Assembly: GCF_001194135.2 (NCBI RefSeq)
Contig: NC_069001.1
Span: 22,518,385 to 22,582,384, forward strand
From: Octopus bimaculoides
Lineage: Eukaryota
Direction: 5' to 3'
Length of the DNA stretch: 64,000 nucleotides
Part shown: positions 25,081-37,439 of the stretch, piece by piece
How the letters are laid out: each line of letters begins with the position of its first letter
Numbering within the stretch: the first letter of the stretch is position 1
The notes under the pieces: generated by a model
Told to the model about the DNA's origin: nothing
Database searches by the model: none
What the model saw: only the letters and a program-made list of their open reading frames with translations
Translations under genes and position numbers: made by a program

Positions 25081-26340
25081 ATTAGCCTGGATAAAACACT
25101 TGAGGGTCTCAATACAGATATTTTTTGCATATGGCATTCAGAACTTATTTTAATTTAATTATCCGTATGAATACTATTTGTGCATCAGAGTTATTTCCCA
25201 TTGTTAATTTTAACTTAATTCATGCAAATTACATGTGTCATAATCTTTCACATGAATCTCAGGTTTGGATAAACTACACTAAACGTATGATGTCTAACAG
25301 AAGGAAAACGTGTTGCTCCCTGATTCTAACAAAGACCAGACATTAAGTTAATTAACTTGAGACATTTTGTTGCAATTTCTTGATATTATACCTTCTTTTC
25401 ATTAAAAGTCGCTAATAATTATCACCATATATTTGTTTCATTTCTTTAACTAAGAAAGAAAATCGAATTAAGAATATTTATTCCGTACAGCTTTCTGTAA
25501 ATTCCCATTTACCCAACATATGCATATAAACATATATATATATATATGTGTGTGTGCGTGTGAGTGTGTGTGCGCGTGTGTGTGTGTATACACACACACA
25601 CACATATATATGTATAGATAGATAATTATATATGTGTGTGCGTGTATTTATTTATCTCTCTCTCTCTATTTGCAGTATAGTATATCTGTCGATATGTGCA
25701 TGAATGTGAGCGATTATGCGTAGTTATATGTGTATATGCACACACACACGCACAATCGCACACACGTACATACATGCATATTATATAAATGCATGCATGC
25801 ATACATACCAACATATATACATCTAGAGACAGATATCCAGAGACAGAGTTAAACATATGCAAATATGTGTTTGTATGATTCGGTCTTTTCCTGTGAGACA
25901 TATTTTCATTGTATTTTATGGTCATAAATACATGAGAAATAAATGAGTTGATACATAAAAGAAGTCTTAACGGCACTAATACTGCCCACCTAAACAACAT
26001 TAAGTTTGCTAACAGAGCCATGACTTTTCAACAAATTCTAAAACATTGTATAAATCGAAGCAATTAGATTTTTTTCTTCCAAGCCTACATTTGTTGCTAC
26101 ATTCACAACTAGGTATTTACACAGACACACGTTCATTCCCACAGACACACTCCTAGACACACCTAGAGACATACGCATCATACCCATAAAGAGACAAACA
26201 TTTATTTTCAGATATTGTCTTCTTGTTACGTTTTGTTATAATGTCTGATTCTTACTTTGGGTTTATTGACTGGAACAATTTTGTTAACTTCCTATAACAT
26301 TTTGATATAGAAACTGCATTAAATTATACCAACTCTGTCA

Positions 26341-26397
<57 letters not shown>

Positions 26398-26458
26398 TCA
26401 TGTGTATATACATATATATATACATATATGTATGTATATAGATATATATATGTATATA

Positions 26459-26525
<67 letters not shown>

Positions 26526-26570
26526 ATATATATATATATATATAGATATATGGATATATGTTTGTGTATA

Positions 26571-26645
<75 letters not shown>

Positions 26646-26820
26646 CTATGTATATATATGGGCGTGTCTGTGTGTATGTACGCATATATATATATCTATA
26701 TATATATATACATATACATATATACAAATATATATATATATATGTATATACGTATGTGTATATGCATATATATATGCGTAGATACATACGCACATATATA
26801 TATATATATATATATATATA
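26341..26820. repeat. Compound (ATCT)n/(AT)n/(GT)n microsatellite next to a gap
   Basis: Directly visible; source of the YIYI/CVCV pseudo-ORFs. Confidence 0.95.
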
Positions 26821-27586
26821 NNNNNNNNNNNNNNNNNNNNNNNNNNNNNNNNNNNNNNNNNNNNNNNNNNNNNNNNNNNNNNNNNNNNNNNNNNNNNNNN
26901 NNNNNNNNNNNNNNNNNNNNNNNNNNNNNNNNNNNNNNNNNNNNNNNNNNNNNNNNNNNNNNNNNNNNNNNNNNNNNNNNNNNNNNNNNNNNNNNNNNNN
27001 NNNNNNNNNNNNNNNNNNNNNNNNNNNNNNNNNNNNNNNNNNNNNNNNNNNNNNNNNNNNNNNNNNNNNNNNNNNNNNNNNNNNNNNNNNNNNNNNNNNN
27101 NNNNNNNNNNNNNNNNNNNNNNNNNNNNNNNNNNNNNNNNNNNNNNNNNNNNNNNNNNNNNNNNNNNNNNNNNNNNNNNNNNNNNNNNNNNNNNNNNNNN
27201 NNNNNNNNNNNNNNNNNNNNNNNNNNNNNNNNNNNNNNNNNNNNNNNNNNNNNNNNNNNNNNNNNNNNNNNNNNNNNNNNNNNNNNNNNNNNNNNNNNNN
27301 NNNNNNNNNNNNNNNNNNNNNNNNNNNNNNNNNNNNNNNNNNNNNNNNNNNNNNNNNNNNNNNNNNNNNNNNNNNNNNNNNNNNNNNNNNNNNNNNNNNN
27401 NNNNNNNNNNNNNNNNNNNNNNNNNNNNNNNNNNNNNNNNNNNNNNNNNNNNNNNNNNNNNNNNNNNNNNNNNNNNNNNNNNNNNNNNNNNNNNNNNNNN
27501 NNNNNNNNNNNNNNNNNNNNNNNNNNNNNNNNNNNNNNNNNNNNNNNNNNNNNNNNNNNNNNNNNNNNNNNNNNNNNNNNNNNNNN

Positions 27587-27625
<39 letters not shown>

Positions 27626-28914
27626 TCTTAAGTAAATATGTTGTTAACAGTATCTTCGAAGTCTCGCAAGCCAAGGCATCATTTGACTGCAGTCTGTTGA
27701 TGTGTCAGCTGATCGACATATTGTACTCTACAAAGGTGTAGAGTGACCCATCAGATTACTGTAAAAGTGTTTCTATCATAACTGAACATAAAAACAAACA
27801 TCATTACACATACACACACACACACACACACATACACATAAAATAAACCATTTAGGTAAAAATTAATACAAGGTATGTAATTTTATAAATATATTTATAA
27901 CAAAAGCAACTACTGAGTAGCGCCACATGCTAGAAGTTGATGCCAAATGGCTCTAAAACTACCTTATAGTCATGAGCTGAAAGCGAAGGAAATGGTTTAT
28001 TATATGCTAGCTACTTGATAAAATCTTACATAGATTTTATCCTTGATCATAATGATAAATATGAATCAATTCAATCAATTTATTCGCTGCTGAATTATTT
28101 TGGTTATTCCCACGCGTCTGAGATGAACGAATTTGATTTAACTTGTATATAAATGTGACCATTTGTATATGCACTGTGGATACGTTGTATTCATATGGTA
28201 TGTATAAATGTTTATAATTATGTAGTCTGGGTTATGTCATACTGATGGTGGTAAAGTAGAAATCGATGTATGGCTAAACTTTTAGAAAAAAAATTCTTTG
28301 TTCATTCCTCTCACTTTCAACCCGTGTCTGTGATAATTATGGTTAATTTATATATATATATATATNNNNNNNNNNNNNNNNNNNNNNNNNNNNNNNNNNN
28401 NNNNNNNNNNNNNNNNNNNNNNNNNNNNNNNNNNNNNNNNNNNNNNNNNNNNNNNNNNNNNNNNNNNNNNNNNNNNNNNNNNNNNNNNNNNNNNNNNNNN
28501 NNNNNNNNNNNNNNNNNNNNNNNNNNNNNNNNNNNNNNNNNNNNNNNNNNNNNNNNNNNNNNNNNNNNNNNNNNNNNNNNNNNNNNNNNNNNNNNNNNNN
28601 NNNNNNNNNNNNNNNNNNNNNNNNNNNNNNNNNNNNNNNNNNNNNNNNNNNNNNNNNNNNNNNNNNNNNNNNNNNNNNNNNNNNNNNNNNNNNNNNNNNN
28701 NNNNNNNNNNNNNNNNNNNNNNNNNNNNNNNNNNNNNNNNNNNNNNNNNNNNNNNNNNNNNNNNNNNNNNNNNNNNNNNNNNNNNNNNNNNNNNNNNNNN
28801 NNNNNNNNNNNNNNNNNNNNNNNNNNNNNNNNNNNNNNNNNNNNNNNNNNNNNNNNNNNNTATATATATATATATATATATATATTTGATGGAATCTCCG
28901 TCGGTTTCGACGTA

Positions 28915-29500
28915 TGAGGATCTGACAACCTACCCTTTCTTTGTCAGTCACAATGCTTATGTCGAATGTGGCACTTAAGTCCCACCAACGAATGTGGCAA
29001 AGAAGCCCACAAATGCTGCAAGTATGAGGATTACAGGTCAGTGCAGCCGCTTTTCTTCTTTGTCTTGCTTCCCTAAGCTTGTTATTGCTGGCTGCCACAA
29101 AGTTTCTTATACAATTTTGATATTTTGATACAACGATCTCCATTTTGTTCGCTCCAAGGTGTTGTTAGCTATCTTCACTGCTGAGAGGTTACTCTTAAGC
29201 TTGTCCTTACATCTGAGCCATGGTCGACCAGCATTCCTGTGCCCACTATCAAGCTGGCTGTAGATGAGGACTTTGGGTATTCTTTCGTCACTCATTCTGA
29301 CGACATGGCCGGCCCAGTGCAATTGCAACTGCATAAGGAAGTACTCGATTCCACTAAACTTACACTTGCTAAACAGGTCGGCATTAGAAACTCTCTCCTT
29401 TAGTGAATAACCACAGATTGCCCTGAGACAGCCTTTGTGGAAGAGATCTACTTGGCTAATGTGTTGTCTATAGGGTATCTACGATTCTGAGCTATGCAAG
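28915..29500 (-). mobile_element. RTE LINE 3' end (RT C-terminus and terminal Cys motif)
   Basis: LQLHWAGHVVRMSDERIPKVLIYSQLDSGHRNAGRPWLRCKDKLKSNL, then RQRRKAAA...HTCSICGLLC. Confidence 0.9.
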
Positions 29501-29904
29501 AGAATAGTAAGAATTGCAGCTTTATAGACGTGTACTTTGGTGTCGAGTTTAATGCTCCTTTCATTCCTATTGTGTTTGTTGGGTTGTTTGTTAGTGGCAC
29601 AAATATCGATATGCTGGCTCAGTCCTATTTTTCTGTATTCTCGTATTTTAATCTAGGATCTATGTACCGTCATCCTCTGACGTAAACTGTTTTTAGTTTG
29701 ACCAATATATTGTTCTTGACACTCAGGTCACTTTTAGGTCATATGACCATTAAAGAATATTCCTCGAACAATTTACTGTGGCACAGCACTCCTGTATTTT
29801 TTCTTTTCTTTTCTTTCTCCTTCTCCCTCTTCTTTCCCTACTTCTACTACTCTCCTTCCTTCATCTTTTCCTTTAACTTCTCCTCCCCCGTCTTCTTCCA
29901 ATAT

Positions 29905-30087
29905 GAGTTGAAAACTTTCTGTTAACATTTCACTTAACGTCTTTGTTCCATGCTGACATGGGTCGGAGGGTTATTAATGAAGAAAGTTGGTATCTCATCT
30001 ACTAGCAAGTGAGACCTGCGCAATCTAGACGGCGTTTTAAAATTTCATTATCCTCTTTAATCCGGGCAACGCCGGGTATATCTGCTA

Positions 30088-30088
<1 letters not shown>
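29905..30088 (+). mobile_element. Non-autonomous Helitron-like repeat, copy 1
   Basis: Ends ccgggcaacgccggg (imperfect hairpin) + tatatctg + CTAG|t; close second copy at 46644-46827. Confidence 0.65.
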
Positions 30089-30124
<36 letters not shown>

Positions 30125-30156
30125 AGAGAGAGAGAGAAGCAGGTAGAAAGTTAGAT

Positions 30157-30212
<56 letters not shown>

Positions 30213-30769
30213 GTATGCATGTTTTTATACATGATGACAAAGTTGAAATGTACAGTTAGTTACAATGTAATCAATATATGAAGAGTATAATATGGAATAA
30301 ACCTGAATAATTTCCAGAATCACATTTTCGTGCAATTTTTTTATTCACAATTAATCATAAATAAATGTTAACTAAATTTGCCAGTCAACAGACTGTATAG
30401 AAAATAATTTATGCCTGGATTAGAGTAGTACAATAACCGCTCATTAAAAGAAGAAATTTAGTTGTGAAAAATATTTGAATCTACGATTTTGTATTGCGTT
30501 GCACAAATGGTTAAAACATTTGAAATTTGACAGTAGATGGAGATGTAAATAACTGAACTTAGATTGTGGAACAGATTTGACATGTATATAGCATAGATGT
30601 ATATAGTTGTCATTTCTAGACAGCCAGTAGTTGAGTTGGTGTGCACTATTCTCTAAATAAAATGTTATAGACGTGCGATGGTTGAAAAAAAAACCCTCAT
30701 GTTTAAAATAAACATCAGTTCCAGTGCTAAATACATTAGGCTCATTTATGGTGGATGGAATTATCACAG

Positions 30770-31155
30770 TAAACAAGAAACTTGCTTCCTAGCCATACGA
30801 TTCCAGGTTCAGTCCTACTGCATGACATCTTGGACTAATTAAGGTCTTCTAGTATCGCTTCCGGCCAACTAAAGCCTTGTGGGTAGATTTGGTAGATGGA
30901 AACTGAAAAAAACGTGTGTGTGTGTGTGTGTTTGCGTGTCTTTTTGTATTTATTTGTCCTTAACACTGCTTGACAACCGGTGTTGGTGTTTACGCTCCTG
31001 TAACTAAGCGGTGCAGCAAAAGAAACTGATAGAATAGTACCAGGCTTAAAAGAAAAATTAAAATAATTGGGTTCAATTCATTAGACTAAAAATTCTTCAA
31101 GGCGGTGCCCCAGCATGGCCGCAGTCTAAGCAATATAACAAGTAAAAGATAAAGG
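30770..31155 (+). mobile_element. SINE family A
   Basis: ccaggttcagtcctactgc..aaagccttgtgggtagatttggtagatggaaactgaaa..aaggcggtgccccagcatggccgcagtc. Confidence 0.85.
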
Positions 31156-31894
31156 AGAACTAAATTTAAATATCTAAAACAGGTTAGTCATGTTGGGAAC
31201 GTATTTGACCATGAGGTTAAACAACTACAACATAAATATGTTGTCAGGACGTGCTCTGCCACTTTTCCACAATCTAGAGATGGTAGACATCTTGACATTA
31301 ATATTTCCCTTTCAAAAAAATATAATATACCTCATGCATTCTTTGACTTGTAAGCTAATGAAGGTTTAGACATTTGAAAGGCAACACTAACACTGTTTGT
31401 AAATTATGTGACAGGATATAATAAATCCCACGAGTTTAACCTTTTGGTAAATTAAGGCTTAAACTTCAACGGACATATTTAAATTATGGCTGTTCTCAAG
31501 TGTTATTACTTAAGGGATGAGCCAATACATATTGTTCAAATTTGATGAGATTTTCAAACGAGGAGTAGAATAGTGATTAAATAATAATCATATGATTAGA
31601 TCAGTTCATAGAGCCAGATCAGGTTCAATAAGCAAGGATAATTTATATTTAATGTTGCCAATAGCTGATACACCACTTCTCATTATTTAACACTTGTTGA
31701 TAGAAGTAGAATATGTTTCATTGTCGTGGATGATACGGTCTAAAATATAGATGTACATGATATATAATCATGATACGTTTAAAGAATTATTTTAACTGGA
31801 AAAGAACTAAAGTAAAGATTTTAAGAGTGTCACATTTGGTTCTTGAATATAGGCATTAAATATATACCCCCTATTGCGATATCCTAAAACCAAA

Positions 31895-32125
31895 GTGCAA
31901 TATGAAAAGCATTGGTGTTGGTGCCGTGTCACGAAAAGAGCACTGGTGATGGTGCTACGTAAAAATACCACCCACTACACTCTGTAAAGTGGTTGGCGCA
32001 TCCAACTGTAAAAATGAAGCCAAAACAGACTATGGAATCTGGTGCGGTCCCTGGTCTCACCAGCTCCTGCCAAGCCGTCCTAACCATGCCAGCATGGAAA
32101 ACTGGTGTTAAATGATGGTGATGAT
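31895..32125 (+). mobile_element. SINE/LINE 3' tail, family D
   Basis: ggtgccgtg..aaaagagcac..ctctgtaaagtggttggcgcatcca..catgccagcatggaaa..gttaaatgatggtgatgat. Confidence 0.7.
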
Positions 32126-32704
32126 CTATTAGTCATTAATTTTGCTCTCAAGTGTATTATGTTGAAGTGACGAATTAGGCAATGCACTATGAACAACTGA
32201 TTGTCACTCTCTACAATTTGCTTATATACAGAAGTCCATAAAAAATTACTAAATCTGTCATTAAGTTTATGAATTAGCCTCATGGCAACGGTTTTTTTAT
32301 CATGAAACTAGGTTGTACCGACGGTAATCATCTCGGCTGAGATCAGCAATTAGCGCACGACAACGGTTCGACGTATATTTACATCAACCGCTTTAAAGCA
32401 TGCACTATTCATTTATGTAAATTGTCATCACTGAGCAGAACGCTCCAGCGGTATTAGTGCGGCTATAAGATCACTCGACAACGTAAGTCAGACAGATAGC
32501 GAATATTGACTTAACAAAACATGAAACATAAAAAAAACTAGCTTTGTTATGGTAAATCTAAAAACAGGGTGTAAGACATATGATAATCTGTGCGTATATA
32601 TCTTGTTTCCATGCAACGACCGCGCTGCGCACGCAGCACATAATTTTGACTCGTTCTTCTATTTTTTCAGTTGGAGGAACTGAAATAAGGAAATGTCCAA
32701 GTCC

Positions 32705-33274
32705 CTAGATGGTTCGGCATGGGGAAAGCCCGATGCGTAGATGGCCCGTGATCAGTATGGTGGAAAATCTGCAACTTCTATTGTTTCTTGGTATAGATGG
32801 ACGTGATGACAAACGCGACAAGGACCGTAAATTCAACGAAGCGGGTGTACATGGACGCAATGAGCTTGGTGTAGAAATTGGCGTAGCTGAATGTGACGAT
32901 GAGCACGGAGCTGGTGTAGCTGGACTTGGACACCAACGCGAGGACCGTATATACAACGAACCTGGTGTGGTTGAATGCGACGACTGTAAATTCTGTGAAG
33001 GCCCCGAATAATATGCGGAACGTGTATGAATTTGATAGGAATCCGTTGTGAAAACGGTGGTATAACTGCCAAAACTGCTGCTTTTTTACTGTTGTAGTGA
33101 TGAAGACTCGAACGGAGTTGGAAATATTTACATGAAGAGTCTAATAAACCTATCAGATTCCTTGAAATTTTCACGGTGGCCTCTTATCGATTCCATGAGT
33201 GATTGCAGATATTTATGGTTACCGATACACGAATAGGTATAAGACCGCAACAAATACAACCGCGTATGTGTACG
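32705..33274 (-). pseudogene. Unidentified decayed coding-like frame with Ser/Pro/Thr/Arg-rich C-terminal half
   Basis: One minus frame is open over 190 codons apart from TAA at 33128-33130 and 33086-33088: RTHTRLYLLRSYTYSCIGNHKYLQSLMESIRGHRENF...STTPGSLYIRSSRWCPSPATPAPCSSSHSATPISTPSSLRPCTPAS. The antisense frames are also partly open. Confidence 0.3.
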
Positions 33275-33868
33275 TCATCCGATTCAAAGCAAGTACACAG
33301 AACACTTAAATTAACTTCAACTGATGTCATGGGATTAATAGAATCTAAATATAACACTAGTCGAGCTGCTTGGCTAAGATCAAAGAGGTATTTAAAGAAC
33401 TTCCCTATGCCAACGGCTTGAAGGTTGGTGTGGTTAAGTGAAAGATCTGTATGATCAGACAACGGTTGAGTTTCAGCAAGCAAGTGAGCTGCTACAACAG
33501 GGCAGCCTCATCATTGACCGTGTTCGTTGTACTCCTGTACATCACTTGATACTTGGCTGGCGAAGCAGTCTGGTTGAGGGACGATGCCAACTACCTTACT
33601 CACCATCCAAAGGCATTTTGTTCTGAGTTAAGCAGTCAACATTAACCCACAATGGACAGGTGTTGCAGCCACTGGCTTTCATGACGTCTATAACTTCTGT
33701 ATCCTATTCTATAAGTCAAACTGTCCACTGTTTAACTGAGATACTGAAGCAGTGATAACAAGAAGTATAAGGCTAAGGAACCTACATTGCAAGTCTGTCA
33801 ACAAGCTAATGTCAAACTTGCAGAATGCTGAGAAATATAAAACTTATCGACATACCCATATGAGAGGA

Positions 33869-33926
<58 letters not shown>

Positions 33927-34506
33927 NNNNNNNNNNNNNNNNNNNNNNNNNNNNNNNNNNNNNNNNNNNNNNNNNNNNNNNNNNNNNNNNNNNNNNNNNN
34001 NNNNNNNNNNNNNNNNNNNNNNNNNNNNNNNNNNNNNNNNNNNNNNNNNNNNNNNNNNNNNNNNNNNNNNNNNNNNNNNNNNNNNNNNNNNNNNNNNNNN
34101 NNNNNNNNNNNNNNNNNNNNNNNNNNNNNNNNNNNNNNNNNNNNNNNNNNNNNNNNNNNNNNNNNNNNNNNNNNNNNNNNNNNNNNNNNNNNNNNNNNNN
34201 NNNNNNNNNNNNNNNNNNNNNNNNNNNNNNNNNNNNNNNNNNNNNNNNNNNNNNNNNNNNNNNNNNNNNNNNNNNNNNNNNNNNNNNNNNNNNNNNNNNN
34301 NNNNNNNNNNNNNNNNNNNNNNNNNNNNNNNNNNNNNNNNNNNNNNNNNNNNNNNNNNNNNNNNNNNNNNNNNNNNNNNNNNNNNNNNNNNNNNNNNNNN
34401 NNNNNNNNNNNNNNNNNNNNNNNNNNNNNNNNNNNNNNNNNNNNNNNNNNNNNNNNNNNNNNNNNNNNNNNNNNNNNNNNNNNNNNNNNNNNNNNNNNNN
34501 NNNNNN

Positions 34507-34980
34507 GAACTGACAAATAAAATAGAATGCTCCCACGCTGCTATAGAGAAGCATCTTCACTCGATAGGATGGGTTCAGAAGTATGGAGAATGGGTTCTGC
34601 ATGCTTTTAGCGACAACAACAAAAATCAACGAGCCACAATCTCCGCTGGTTTGCTTGCTCGTCACCGCTCAACTCATGGACACAAGCAACGATTTCTTTA
34701 CCGAATCGTTACTGGTGACGAAAAATGGTGCCTGTACATCAATATGAAGCAGCGTAAGGGATGGCTTAGCCCCGGTAAACAAGCGACACCGCGCGTGAAA
34801 CAAAATCTTCATCCGCGTAAAACGATGTTTTGCGTGTGGTGGGACTGGGAAGGGATTATCCATCACGAATTGGTTGAACGGAACCAAACGGTCAGCGCGG
34901 AACCCTGAACTACTCAACACGGCTATTCAAGAAAAAAAGACCTAATCGGCAGCATGGAGTTCTTCCGCTGCACGAGAACT
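34507..34980 (+). mobile_element. Mariner (DD34D-type) transposase fragment
   Basis: HLHSIGWVQKYGEWVLH...FLYRIVTGDEKWCLYIN...HPRKTMFCVWWDWEGIIHHEL, then AIQEKRPNRQHGVL after a frameshift. Confidence 0.95.
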
Positions 34981-35786
34981 AAGATTAAATGAATCACACT
35001 TCAAAATCATGTGATATGGATATATCTGCTACACACCCACACGCACACACACACACATATACACGCATGCACATGTTTATATAGGCACTTAGATTTTGTG
35101 TATGTGTGTAAAGAAAACTTAATGCTATGTTAAACCCTTTAAAGTTCAGAAAAGGAAAATATACAGCTTAATAATCTTGACCTACCAAGATAAATAAACA
35201 TACAAAAATAAGCAAGTGGCAGGGTTAAAGTGTGCCTGCAAACACATACACTTGTATGCAAACTGCACATATAGATATTGATCAAACAAAACAAAAATAT
35301 TCAACTAGATTGAAATACATATACGCCCACAAACATCACACTCATGAAACACAGATCCTCAAAACTTTTGCATAATAACAAAATACAGTTGATTCAATAT
35401 GGATACATAACGACAGATCTGGGACGAGGAGGGTAAACTGTTAATGAGATCACAAATAATGAAGCAATGGCTCTGAGAAATTAACTGATTAATCAAAGTG
35501 TTAATCTGGGAATCAGTTACTTAATTGGTTACTTAATTAAGTGGCTAATATGAATAAAAAGGAATTAAATAAAATCAGTTTCTCATAGGTAACGTGAAAC
35601 TTGCAGCATGCCATAACAGCTGTTTAAGCGCATGATTCACATCAAGAATATTGCAAAACAAATAAAAAAGTGATGTATGCACACACACACACACACACAC
35701 ATTATGTATGTATGTTTGTATATATGTATGTACATATGTATGTATGTATCTATCTATCTATCTATATACATATATACATATGTATG

Positions 35787-35836
<50 letters not shown>

Positions 35837-35950
35837 GTATGGAAGATGATATCAGCAAAAGTTTAGATTCAGATGAATATGGTATTCAAGATGAGGCACC
35901 AGAATTTAGTACGGTATTATACATACAATTTCAAAGTAAGGTGATTAAAT

Positions 35951-36339
35951 TCAAAATGAGCAATAAGGATATCCAGAGGTAATGCAGTGCAATCGTTTCA
36001 TGTAACTCCATTTAATTGAACAATGTAATCATTACATCAATTTAAAATGCAGAGCAATCCTCAGCTGCACAAAGACACAGAATTCACTCCATCATAGAAG
36101 CTTCTATGCTGGAGTGAAGGCAGCATGTTCTTTGTCTATCTCCTTAACTTCTTGGAGATTATAGGTATAATTATACTAATGTGTCAATCTGTTTCAATTT
36201 AATAAAATTCTATGTCTTTGTGCAGCTGAGGATTGCTCTGCATTTCAAATTGATGTAATGATTGCATTGTTCAGTTAAATGGAGTTACATGAAACGATCG
36301 TACTGCATTACCTCTGGATATCCTAGTTGCTTATTTTGA
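35951..36339. mobile_element. Foldback element with about 130 bp inverted arms, internal 36 bp palindrome and hammerhead-like core in the arms
   Basis: 35951-36082 is the reverse complement of about 36204-36339 with scattered mismatches; ttcactccatcatagaag/cttctatgctggagtgaa at 36083-36118. Confidence 0.85.
36221..36307 (+). ncRNA. Candidate type I hammerhead with long, weakly paired stem II
   Basis: tgcag CTGAGGA [58 nt] GAAA cgatcg TA ctgca: 5 bp stem I and perfect palindromic stem III acgatcgt, but stem II is closed by U.U. Confidence 0.55.
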
Positions 36340-37439
36340 TTATACATATATATACATATATANNNNNNNNNNNNNNNNNNNNNNNNNNNNNNNNNNNNNN
36401 NNNNNNNNNNNNNNNNNNNNNNNNNNNNNNNNNNNNNNNNNNNNNNNNNNNNNNNNNNNNNNNNNNNNNNNNNNNNNNNNNNNNNNNNNNNNNNNNNNNN
36501 NNNNNNNNNNNNNNNNNNNNNNNNNNNNNNNNNNNNNNNNNNNNNNNNNNNNNNNNNNNNNNNNNNNNNNNNNNNNNNNNNNNNNNNNNNNNNNNNNNNN
36601 NNNNNNNNNNNNNNNNNNNNNNNNNNNNNNNNNNNNNNNNNNNNNNNNNNNNNNNNNNNNNNNNNNNNNNNNNNNNNNNNNNNNNNNNNTATATATATGG
36701 ATAAAAGAACCCAAAGGGATTTTAAAATCCAGGCAGATATCAATAAATTATTCAGTTTTAAATGAATTTGGTTAATGATATGAAACAATCAGACTCCAAT
36801 AAATGCAAGTAAAATACACATCCAAGGTAATTCTTCATGTATGACAATTAGATCCAAACATCATTTAGACGTATTTTGAGAAATCCAGAGTATTTATTAG
36901 ACAACAAAAATACGGATAGAGAAAATGATATCTTTAATTGTAGAATTCTCTATACAAAGCTGTTGATCGTTTCTGTTGTATCAACCTATTTCGATACAGA
37001 TAATATCATTGAAATTAATATTTCTGAAAATACATGTTAACACAATGTTTTCTGAGTGATCTAAAATTAGTTGAATTGAAAGCAAACTAAGAAAATATTT
37101 CCAATGCACGAATGCATAGAAAAGAAAATTAAGAAGCAATATAATCTAAGAAAAGCTATTTCTGTGTTCAGCTGTTGGTGACGTCAGTGGATAAGAAAAG
37201 AATAAAACATAAAGATATAAATTTTATTTTATGACAATTAGAAACATAAAGATTTTATGTCATGACAAATAGTTAACTATGTATTAACTATAGTAAACAT
37301 TTCGAAAAAATTATGCTTATTATGTAATATATGTAAAGCATCTTTAATAAAGAATAGAAATATTTAAATGCTTTGCAAAATTTAACACATTTTGTTCTAA
37401 ACTTACCTTTAAAATTTAATAATATTCATTAAAATTTTT

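Noticed and set aside
33740-33870. Possible RTE endonuclease start (IRL-GTYIASLST..LRNIK)
   Set aside because: Needs a frameshift, covers few residues and runs into a microsatellite and gap.
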